From IMG/VR virus record IMGVR_UViG_3300043803_002450: a stretch of 64,000 nt of DNA; one strand, written 5' to 3'. Positions 35,611 to 44,199 of this stretch are shown one piece after another (position 1 is the first letter of the stretch; every line of letters starts with the position of its first letter). Origin of the DNA: an uncultured virus (IMG/VR IMGVR_UViG_3300043803_002450). Taxonomy: Duplodnaviria; Heunggongvirae; Uroviricota; Caudoviricetes. A model generated the notes under the pieces. It was not told the DNA's origin. It saw nothing but the letters and a program-made list of their open reading frames with translations, and did not search any database. A program made the position numbers and the translations under genes.

Positions 35611-35862
35611 GCTTGATTGTTGATTGTCTATCTTTTGCACTTGCAATCAGTTGCTAATTGTTTGCGCTAGCAAAGCGTGATTAATTGTTGATTGTTTGCA
35701 GGATTGTTTGCAATTAATTGTTGATTCTTTATCCGTCAAAGTGTGATCAATTGTTGATTATTTTATTGCCACAGAATGCAATTAATTGTTGATTATTTAC
35801 AGCGAGCTTTTGAGATTAATTGTTGATTATTTATTTCGTGCAATTGCGGCTAATTGTTGATA
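35611..35862. repeat. Interspaced array: 8 units, 33-35 bp period, core ATTAATTGTTGATT
   Basis: Core positions 35615, 35649, 35683, 35716, 35749, 35784, 35818, 35852, separated by unrelated 10-12-nt segments. Confidence 0.9.
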
Positions 35863-35951
35863 AAAACAAACAATAGAAAACTATTGAGAACGCTTCTCAT
35901 TTGCACTATGTCTCAAGACTCATAGAAGCAACTGACAACAGTTCGCAATAG

Positions 35952-36036
35952 CAATACGCCTCCAGCCGGGTCCAATACGCTTCCGGCCGGATCTTGATAC
36001 AACCCTGGCCGGGCCCAATACAACTTCAGCCGGACC
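35952..36036. repeat. Four tandem 21-bp imperfect repeats (CAATAC...GCCGG...), iteron-like
   Basis: Units start at 35952, 35973, 35995, 36016. Confidence 0.85.
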
Positions 36037-36039
36037 TTA

Positions 36040-37447
36040 TCACCAGCCCTTGCGCTCCCGAGCCGCCTCAATGGCGGCTTTTTCGTCTTCATACGGCCCT
36101 CCCACTTCATCTCCATCGTCTTCATACCAATACCAGCCCTCGAGCAGTTCTGTGCCCTTACAGCAGGCCTCTGCGAAATAGTCGATGAGAATCATTGCGC
36201 TTGCTCCTGGAGCCTGTTCCACATCCATTGCTCTCTGGTGTTAGGGCGCATCAGCTCGTAGCCCTCATGGTCAACGATGCTGTCACCAGCGCTATTTACG
36301 TGGCCTTCCAGTTCGCGGTGCCAGAGGCCCTTGCAGGCGCCTTCTGCGTCGAAGATGGCAATCGTGTCTTCCCTGTCTTCCATGGCCAGGCGCACGTGCC
36401 TGATGAGGTCTGATAAGCGAGCTGCTTGGTAGCAGCCTTTTGTTGCCGGGAAATAGGGGCCATTGTCCTGATAGGTGCAAACAGTGATCATTCTTCGTCT
36501 CCAGAAAGTTCAATGATGGAATAGTTGGAGCCTGCAGTTTCGTAGATCATGACAAGCTCGTCGCGTTCTTTTTCTGACTGAGCATAATCTTCATAGCCTT
36601 GATCATCTTTGAACAGCCAGACAATGGAAGAGGAAGTCATCAGTCGTTCTCCACAATGAGAAAGTCGGGGTCGTTGTCTTTCTTGATCCAGCGGCATTGA
36701 TTGAACTGCGGCAGTACGATAAAAAGCTTGTCGTGGTGATTCTGTTCAACAATGGCAGTGGTGATGGTGGCGCCGATGCGGCTACGGCCTCTGTTGCTAA
36801 TGGCCAGAAGGTTAATGGTTTCCATCATGCTGCCTCCTGAGCCCCTTCCCTTTCCCATCGAAGCACTGTTGCAACAATTTTGTCGCTAGTGGGATCGATC
36901 AGGCGGGAAGCCATGAAAGTTGAGCGTGCCAGGGAGAAGCTGCCATCAGGGGCTTTGGTGAGCAGGGATGCTCCAGGCAGGCTCAAGATGTCGCCAGGCT
37001 TGGCATCACAAAGGAAATGAGCAATGGTCCAAGCGAGCTGGTCTTCGCGGAAGGAGGAAGTCATGGCAGGAAAGAGAGAGTGGTGAAGCTCGCGCCTCGT
37101 TGAATGAATGATATATCGAGAGAGGCCCCTGGAAAGGGGCCTGTAACAAAGCTTCATGCTTCTTTTTCAACACGGTCGATGGCAAAATCAGGATGGAGCT
37201 TCCGGCAGATAGCAGCGGCTTGACTGGCGGAATAAGCCATATATGCCAAGGCGTAATAACGCTCGTGACGCTTATCCCAGCCATGGCAGATAAATTTGCG
37301 CTCAGGCACCCAGACCTTTTTGATGATGTAGTGAGGGCGGGAATCCTTTACGTGCTGCTCGGCTTCGACGGCATGGTTCGCATCGATTACAAGCTCACAC
37401 TGGCCGCCGTTGCGGCTGTTGGTGCAAAGAACGGAGAAGGTGATCAT
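36040..37447 (-). other. Block of short putative early genes (about six ORFs of 50-100 aa)
   Basis: Tightly coupled minus-strand ORFs with ATGA overlaps downstream of repeated promoters. Confidence 0.6.
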
Positions 37448-37550
37448 GGTCAGTGGTGAATGGTGGAAGCTCGCGCCCCCTGTACGAAATTAAAATTAGA
37501 CGAAAAGAAGGGGGCTGTAAAGCCCCCGGACCATCAGTGTTGCTTATGGT

Positions 37551-38561
37551 TCAAGCAGCCAAGGCCAGAGCGTGAGCCTTGGTGATGGTGGCAGCACCAT
37601 TGCCCCACCACTGGCTTTCCAGGCGCCTGCGGGCAGCCTCAATGTCATCGCCGCGACCAGCCTCGTGCGTCACCCACTCAGTGATGGCGTTGTAGGCGCC
37701 CCAATAAGTGCCCTGCACGCCCTTGATGTCGAAGCCAATGCCGTCGCCTGCAAATTTGTTGGCCACGCTGTCCCACTGGGGCAGATCGCTCAGGGTCTTT
37801 GGGCGGGCAGTGGTTTTGTCGCCTCGCTTAGCGTTGACAGTGCCAGCCAGTTGATCAGCAAAAACGGCTTCGCAATAGGCTTTGAACTGGGCGCTGGTGC
37901 AGGGCTTGGCGGCCATTGCCTCGAGCTCTTCGAGGCCTGCAGTGAACTGCTGGCGCTTGATATCGATGATCTCCGGCAGGCGGTCGATCAGGGCGTTGCA
38001 GTTGAGCGTGTGGCGGATGCTGATGCGCTTACCTTTGCTGGTGGCCCCAGTGTGCTCAGCATGCCCGAGAGCGGCGCTGAGCGTGTTGGCACAAACCACT
38101 CTCACGGGAGTGAAGAGGGTTTGGAAGGCGATGGAACCGTCGTGGCTGGTGGCGCCAACTATATATTGGCAAATCTCGTCGCCCTTGAGCACCTCGCCTT
38201 CTGCGCCATTGATCTTGGCCGTGAAGGTCACTTTACGACCCTCGTCGAGCACGCACACTGCGCTCATTTCTGCATCTTCATGCAGGGCCTCGGCAAGCTT
38301 GATGAGCTGTTCGTTCTGAACAATGGTGTAGGAGTCCTTCTGCACACTCAGCACTTTCCCATTGTCTCCCCTTGTGATGGCTTGATAGCCCTCGATGGGC
38401 TGGCCAGTGGGGTCGAGAATGGGAGTGGAAAGCACTTGCCAATCAGCCTCGCCAATGGCGAAAGCTTCGCGAGCAGGGAGAGTGCCGTCAATAACGTGAC
38501 CAAGACCGTGCCAAGCAGCCTGGCCGTGGAAGAAAGCGCCGGAAGAGAATTGATGAGCCAT
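37551..38561 (-). CDS. DUF932-family phage/plasmid protein
   Basis: AWHGLG, YTIVQN, SHDGS, TPVRVVCANTL, IRHT, GTYWGAYNAITEW motifs. Confidence 0.9.
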   Translation of the reverse strand: MAHQFSSGAFFHGQAAWHGLGHVIDGTLPAREAFAIGEADWQVLSTPILDPTGQPIEGYQAITRGDNGKVLSVQKDSYTIVQNEQLIKLAEALHEDAEMSAVCVLDEGRKVTFTAKINGAEGEVLKGDEICQYIVGATSHDGSIAFQTLFTPVRVVCANTLSAALGHAEHTGATSKGKRISIRHTLNCNALIDRLPEIIDIKRQQFTAGLEELEAMAAKPCTSAQFKAYCEAVFADQLAGTVNAKRGDKTTARPKTLSDLPQWDSVANKFAGDGIGFDIKGVQGTYWGAYNAITEWVTHEAGRGDDIEAARRRLESQWWGNGAATITKAHALALAA

Positions 38562-38603
38562 GGTTTTGAAGAGAAGGGAGCGGGGTCGAGCCGCTTGAAA
38601 TAA

Positions 38604-38655
38604 AAATTAGACGGGAGCAGCGCCAAAGTCAAGCCTTGTTACAAAGCTTCACGAT
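38604..38655 (-). promoter_or_regulatory. Sigma70-type promoter with upstream HLR1-like box
   Basis: TTGACT-17 bp-TAATTT on minus; GTTACAAA-GC-TTCACGAT at 38638-38655. Confidence 0.7.
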
Positions 38656-38666
38656 TGTCGCGGTGG

Positions 38667-39454
38667 TCACATTTGGTCCATGATGCCCATCAGGATTTGC
38701 TCCACATAGGCCTTGGCGTCGCGAAGCTTGGTCAGGGCCTCATCGCGCTCGTCACGGGCCTGATAAAAAGCGTCCGTGCCCTGTGGATAGAAATCGCGCC
38801 CGTTGCAAGTGGTGGTCACCAGGGCGTCAATAGCGGCGTCAACCGCCTTGTAGGCAGCATGGTATTCAGCGTAAAGCGTTTTGGAGCCAGTGCCGTTGAG
38901 GTGGATGGTGGGGATGGTTGCCACGGGAAGAGGGTTCGGAGGGTTCGGAGGGTTCAGAGAGGGTCACCAAGCAGCCATGGGCAGCTCTTCAGCGCGGCAG
39001 TTCACTTCGCTGTTATGCACTTCTGCAAACAGGGCATAGCGGTCGCGCATGATATAGCAAGCAGCCTCAGGATCCACTGCATCAATGGTGGCCGTCTCAA
39101 AGCGGATGTACTCCTTGTCAGTGCCCCAGGGAATGGAGGCGTACACGCGATAGGTGCGGACGATGGGAGGGAAAATGGTGGTCATTGTCCGATGAGGATG
39201 GTGGACCTCGCGGCCCGTTGCAAGTAATGTACAGGCAGGAGGGGCCTGGTCAGCCCCTCCGTAACAATTGTTTACAAACGCCCTGGGCTCTGTGTGCCCT
39301 GCACCACCATGAAGACCTTGGTGGCAAACACGGCCTGCAGGCTTCGGGCCTGGCGCTCGAGGGCATTACGATCGGCGCTGGAATCAAGAAGGCTCCAGCA
39401 ACTGTCAGTCAAGGCCCAGAGGCTCCAGACGCTGTCGCGCTCGAGGACTGCCAT
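38667..39454 (-). other. Three short hypothetical early genes (38667-38924, 38964-39185, 39272-39454)
   Basis: Phage-like codon usage and pyrimidine-rich leaders; 9-bp AGGGTTCRG x3 repeat at 38931-38957. Confidence 0.6.
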
Positions 39455-39456
39455 GG

Positions 39457-39735
39457 TCAGAACACCAGCTCTTTGCCATTGCTCTTGATGCTTACCACGC
39501 GCTCGCAGTCGAAGGAACGCCAGGCGCCTTGGCCTTCATTGCGGGCAATGGTGAAATCGCGGCAGCGGATGATCGAGGGGTTCTTGAGCGCATGGCCCGT
39601 GCCCTTGATTTCTTGCGTGTCGCGAGGGTTGAACTGCAGCTTGCGCACGGTGCCGTCAGCCTTGACGAACTGCACACTGACGATGCTGGCGCCAGCCTCG
39701 AAAACGAACCGCTTGATGATGCTGGTTTTGTCCAT
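39457..39735 (-). CDS. WYL-like / SH3-barrel protein
   Basis: VQFVKADGTVR...WRSFDCERV motif. Confidence 0.7.
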   Translation of the reverse strand: MDKTSIIKRFVFEAGASIVSVQFVKADGTVRKLQFNPRDTQEIKGTGHALKNPSIIRCRDFTIARNEGQGAWRSFDCERVVSIKSNGKELVF

Positions 39736-40298
39736 GGGAGGGGGGATGGTGGGCTCGCGCCCTGTGCTGAGAATCATGGAGCATTGAGGGCCGGTTGTGA
39801 AGCCCTTAAGCCATTAGCGCTGCTTATGATCGCAGGCTTTGAATGGCAAACGGCGGCAGGCTTGCGCGGCGAAGCCTTTCAGCGCTAACAAACTGCAAGC
39901 TTCCTGTTCTGATGTTGCGAATTTTTATCAATGGCGTGTCTGCCTTCTTGAGCATGACAATGTACGCTCCCCTCCACTGCTTGAGCCCAGTGTCAAAGAG
40001 ATCCACTTCATCGCCAGGCTCGTACACTTCTTATTTCTTTACTGTTGCTTCAAGCTTAGATGGCGCATGATGGAGAGCACAGAATTTTTGTGGATGGAAA
40101 CTGACACACTTTTGATATGCTTGCAGATCAACTTGCGACGCTGGCTGCGTCACATAAGACCAGCCCAGGACAGTGAGCATGCCAGAAAGCACGGCAAAGG
40201 CAGCAAAGTTCTGCATGGAAAAAAGGACGAACTGGCTCACAATAGAAAGCCAGCCCGCCCCTGAAAAGGCTTTGTCACAAAGCGTAATACAAAGCCCG

Positions 40299-40952
40299 TT
40301 AGTCCTCGAGGACCAGCTCAGACAGCTCATCAAGCAAAGCCAGGCACCAGTCCTTGCCTTTCTTAGCCAGTAGCTTTCGAGCCGTTGGCACTGGCTCTTT
40401 GAGCTGAAGCGATGGGAAGGGAGTGATGATGCCTGCTTCAATTGCGGCTGCGCGAGCGCTTTTGAAGCGCTTGCCATGGCCGATTTCATCAAGAAGCTCG
40501 GGCTGGTCACGGGCGATTCTTTCGAGAAAATACGCACGAGAAGTGCCCTTTGCTCCGGACTTTATATTATAACCTCCGGGTTTTGGTCTCATGCGGCCAG
40601 TCTCGGGGTCTCTCGGCTGATCTCCCGTGTCTCCGTGTTTACCTTTGCGCTGCGTTAGCTTCATTTCCCCCAGTAGCCATTGGGCGCTATCTGCGACAAA
40701 ACGAGAAGACGAAGCGACAACTCCTAGGCATTTTTCAAACAGAGCAAGATCTTTAATATCAAGTCCCTCTTTGTGCGTCATGAAATCAATGAGATCAACA
40801 AACCGCCTCACTTCTCCATTGACATCATCCACATATTTCTCAAAGAGCTTCTTTTCAATAATTTCACGCATGTAAAAATAAAATGCCTCCTCTCCTACCG
40901 CGCTTTCAAGATCGTTGGCGATACTCCTGGCGGAGAATACAGTAAGGCTCAT
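40299..40952 (-). CDS. Hypothetical protein, possible DNA-binding C-terminus; third gene of the HNH-helicase cassette
   Basis: ATGA overlap with helicase; GTSRAYFLERIARD...FKSARAAAIEAGI motif. Confidence 0.7.
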   Translation of the reverse strand: MSLTVFSARSIANDLESAVGEEAFYFYMREIIEKKLFEKYVDDVNGEVRRFVDLIDFMTHKEGLDIKDLALFEKCLGVVASSSRFVADSAQWLLGEMKLTQRKGKHGDTGDQPRDPETGRMRPKPGGYNIKSGAKGTSRAYFLERIARDQPELLDEIGHGKRFKSARAAAIEAGIITPFPSLQLKEPVPTARKLLAKKGKDWCLALLDELSELVLED

Positions 40953-42874
40953 GCGACCTCCTTGGAAAGCTCTTCTGCCACTTTCACCCAGTGCTTACGC
41001 TGTTCCAAAGAAGCCCTTGAAAAGGTGATGCCAGCGGCTTTAAGGCCCGCTAAACGATTGATATCGCCACGCACTTTGCGAAATGCAGTGTCATTGTCTT
41101 CAATTTCTCGGTATCTACCCCCAAAGCGAATTAGGTTTGTAAAATAAATCGCCTTTTCGCTTTGCCGCTTCATGTCTTCTTCGTACGATGGTGCAGCCGG
41201 AGACTCTTCATCTTCAATTTGCAAAGACAATTCATCGACGGAGACGCCAAGACACCGACACTTCGCTTCAATTTCGGAAATTGCATGCTGCTCGGCCCGC
41301 TCTTCTCCTCGTAGAAACAAACTCAATATATGCTCGGACCAGTGTGAATCAATGTAGCAATCAGCAGCATTTTCATGCACTTTCATTGCTTCAATAATCT
41401 CGTGCCAGTCAGACGCATTTTCACTTCCCCTGTATACTCCAACGCTGTTTTCGCCAGAAGTAACAATGCCGGTTACATTCTTTCGCTCAGGAATCGACTC
41501 TCCGCAGTTGTCCTTGGCAGAACGGTCAGGCAGCGCTCCACAGGCATCTTCTACCTGTTTCTCAATATTGCGAGCAATATAGCGAAGCTTTGGATGCGCA
41601 GGGGCTACAACATAAGCAATATTATCCGACCTGTTTTTATCCGCGTATTGATCCTTGCCAATGGGAATGCGACGAACAGTCCTGCCAACCACTTGGATAA
41701 AGTAAAGGACAGTAATAATTGCACTTAAATAAGCGACAACTTTAATCTGAGGAATGTCAACTCCCTCGGAAATCATCCCCACTGAAACAATCGCATCGGG
41801 CTTATCTGCAGCATTTTCCTTGCATTGTTTAGCAATTTTTTCAAGCTTTTTCGCTCCATTATTATCATCACTAACAACTACAGAAACGCGATAATCAGGG
41901 CGAAGTTCTTGAATGTATTCCGCAATCTTGCGAGCATCTTTCATGCCTTTCGCGACGCAAAGCATGACGCTGGCGTTTTTTTGGTGACAAGAGCGTTCAA
42001 TTTCTCCACGGCTTTTGGAAAGCAGAGTCAGCGCCTCGTCAATGATGCGACGAATAGTTTCGTTTTTGCCGGGCGACTCAATATCCAAATCGAAATGGAG
42101 GTGCCTACCAAGGGGCTTATCGCATTTCTTCGCCCATTCCTCCCATTGCTCTACATTCTCCCATTCATCACAAGGGAATTTCGGGAGATCTTTGTGCAAT
42201 TCAGAAGCCTTACCATCTTCACTGCGCCAAAAAGAATCCCAAAACTTGAACTTCACCGGCACAGTGCCACGAGTCTTAGGTTCGCGAAGATCTTGCGCGT
42301 AATCGTAAACAAAATCAGCCCGAATGCGACCATCGTTTTGATAATAATTTTCGCCACGAATATTCTTCTCGTCACAAAGAACTGCAATCTTTCCTTCGCG
42401 TTTCCAGGGGGTGCCGCTCAGAAAAATAGCATGCTCACAAAGAGCAACAAGGCGATCCACGGCATTCCCCCATTCGGCAGTGTCTGCTGGATGATGAAAC
42501 TCGTCAATGATTGCAATGATGCCAGAAACAGGGCGACTGTGCAGTGCTTCTTCTACCTTTGAATAACCAGCGTAAGTTGACACCCAAACATTTGCATCAA
42601 TGGGAAAATCAGAGTTGTCTGTGACATTAACTCGTCTTCCGTTGAGACGAAGACCGTCAAAGGTTTTTTTCCACCCCAGTCGAGTGCCGCAATTGGGAGT
42701 CAAGACAACAACCAAATCTGCCTTGCCATCCTCGAGAAGCTTTAAAGCGGCAGTAGCACTGCAGAGAGATTTTCCTGATCCAGTACAAGCTTCAATGACA
42801 AAAAGCTTGCGACCTTTGGCAAACTGAGGCAGACAGGTGTTGATTGCTTGCTGTTGCCATTTACGTAAGTTCAT
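40949..42874 (-). CDS. SF2 (DExH, ResIII-like) helicase
   Basis: Q motif LRKWQ, TGSGKS, IIDEFHH, LSGTP, SEGVDIP, QVVGRTVR. Confidence 0.9.
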   Translation of the reverse strand: MNLRKWQQQAINTCLPQFAKGRKLFVIEACTGSGKSLCSATAALKLLEDGKADLVVVLTPNCGTRLGWKKTFDGLRLNGRRVNVTDNSDFPIDANVWVSTYAGYSKVEEALHSRPVSGIIAIIDEFHHPADTAEWGNAVDRLVALCEHAIFLSGTPWKREGKIAVLCDEKNIRGENYYQNDGRIRADFVYDYAQDLREPKTRGTVPVKFKFWDSFWRSEDGKASELHKDLPKFPCDEWENVEQWEEWAKKCDKPLGRHLHFDLDIESPGKNETIRRIIDEALTLLSKSRGEIERSCHQKNASVMLCVAKGMKDARKIAEYIQELRPDYRVSVVVSDDNNGAKKLEKIAKQCKENAADKPDAIVSVGMISEGVDIPQIKVVAYLSAIITVLYFIQVVGRTVRRIPIGKDQYADKNRSDNIAYVVAPAHPKLRYIARNIEKQVEDACGALPDRSAKDNCGESIPERKNVTGIVTSGENSVGVYRGSENASDWHEIIEAMKVHENAADCYIDSHWSEHILSLFLRGEERAEQHAISEIEAKCRCLGVSVDELSLQIEDEESPAAPSYEEDMKRQSEKAIYFTNLIRFGGRYREIEDNDTAFRKVRGDINRLAGLKAAGITFSRASLEQRKHWVKVAEELSKEVA

Positions 42875-43082
42875 GATCGAACGATGCAGATTTAAAAATA
42901 TTGCACCGTCTGCAACATGCCACTCCATTGTCAATAGTGGTGCGACCACCTTGACTAAAAGGCACTACGTGATCAATTTGAGTGAGAAGCCCTGGCTGCA
43001 GCTTTTCACCGCAATAGCAGCAGGTCCAGTGATCTCTCACAAGAATCTGCAAGCGTTGCCTTTTAGAGAATAGACGACTCAT
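42861..43082 (-). CDS. Small HNH endonuclease
   Basis: RDHWTCCYCG...IDHVVPFSQGG....NGVACCRRCN; overlaps helicase start. Confidence 0.9.
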   Translation of the reverse strand: MSRLFSKRQRLQILVRDHWTCCYCGEKLQPGLLTQIDHVVPFSQGGRTTIDNGVACCRRCNIFKSASFDHELT

Positions 43083-43206
43083 AGTCAAACGACTACACGC
43101 AGAAAGCGTGTTTCCCAGACGGGATCGGCAAAACCGACTCGCAAATACTAGCAAGAAAAAAGAAAAGCGCCCCTTGCGGAGCGCTCGTGGATTCCGTTCT
43201 TACAAA

Positions 43207-43569
43207 TCATGCCCTAGTGAAACAGAGTCGCGCAACTCCTTGTGAGGGATTGGCAATGCGAGCGAAAGCTGCGAAAGACAGATCGAGCACTCTCCCATGG
43301 ACAAACGGTCCACGGTCTGACACCCTCACCACCACTGACTTTCCATTGGCTGGATTTACTACGCGCAAGCGGGTGCCGAGGGGGAGCGATGGAGAGGCAA
43401 CAGTGAGGCCATAGGCATCAAAGCGACTTCCATCAGCGGCCCTTTGACCGTGATAACCATCGCCAACGCCATAGTGCGAAACATGGCCGCACGACGATTT
43501 CGCCTCCGCTGACAATGGCGCAAATGCACCAAGGGCAACGGAAGCAGCAGAAAGAAAACGAAAAAGCAT
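43207..43569 (-). CDS. rlpA: RlpA-family (DPBB) lytic transglycosylase with signal peptide
   Basis: SHYG..DGYHG..AADG..FD..GLT.A...LPLGT..RV.N...SVVVRV.DRGPF...RVLDLS. Confidence 0.85.
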   Translation of the reverse strand: MLFRFLSAASVALGAFAPLSAEAKSSCGHVSHYGVGDGYHGQRAADGSRFDAYGLTVASPSLPLGTRLRVVNPANGKSVVVRVSDRGPFVHGRVLDLSFAAFARIANPSQGVARLCFTRA

Positions 43570-43680
43570 CAGAAAAGAAAGTAAGTAGCAAGGCTCCAGG
43601 GAGTCGCCTCCTGGAACCATCAGCTTATCAAGCGTGTCAAGCCCCTTGTGAATGCGCCTTGAACAGTGCTATGCTTTGCA

Positions 43681-43875
43681 GGTCTGGTTGGTCCTGGGCG
43701 AAAGCCCCTCCGTTGGAGCCGTAAGGGTGGACGCCTCTGAGCAGTGGGTGGCTTCGCGAGAACCACCAAGGCAATGCATGGGCCTGTGAGGCACTGCTCC
43801 CCTTTTGATACTTAGGGAAAGGAGGCATCGGAAGCCAGCCACGAAGAAAGGGGAGCGAAAGCTCCCCTTTCTTTT
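43681..43875 (+). ncRNA. Unassigned highly structured ncRNA (about 160 nt plus terminator)
   Basis: Extended -10 TGCTATGCT, nested stems with GNRA loops, terminator AAGAAAGGGGAGC-GAAA-GCTCCCCTTTCTTTT. Confidence 0.7.
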
Positions 43876-44199
43876 GTCTATAGACAACCAGTTGGTCCCC
43901 ATAAAAAAAAGAGGCCGAAGCCTCTTTAGTACAGCAGCCGGTCGTCGTCCCATTCAGGAACTAGCGATGCCCTTATGGGCTTGTCTGGAAACAACTCTGC
44001 GGCCGAAGCCAGTGCCTGCTCGCTGGAGACGGCCATGATCTCAACGAAAGCAGTGCCGCCCCACACCCTGAACAGCGCTGGTTGAATGGCAGACGAAGAA
44101 TGACTGTCTGTCACGGCAGGATTGTTGCAAAGATGAAAATGATCAAGGCGCATACCCCCCAGTACACGCCTGCCAGAACAAAAATAGTGTGCAAATTCA

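Noticed and set aside
35611..35862. CRISPR array call for the 34-bp array
   Set aside because: Variable segments are only 10-12 nt, repeats are degenerate and no cas genes are present; kept as an unexplained array
35680..35862. IHF sites in the array core
   Set aside because: Core gives WATCAA-N3-TTR rather than the N4 consensus, and the inferred cyanobacterial host is not expected to have IHF
37572..38603. 343-aa plus-strand ORF
   Set aside because: Antisense shadow of the DUF932 gene
37143..39278. NtcA boxes (GTA-N8-TAC) at early promoters
   Set aside because: Right half-sites or spacing do not fit; the direct-repeat HLR1 pattern fits better
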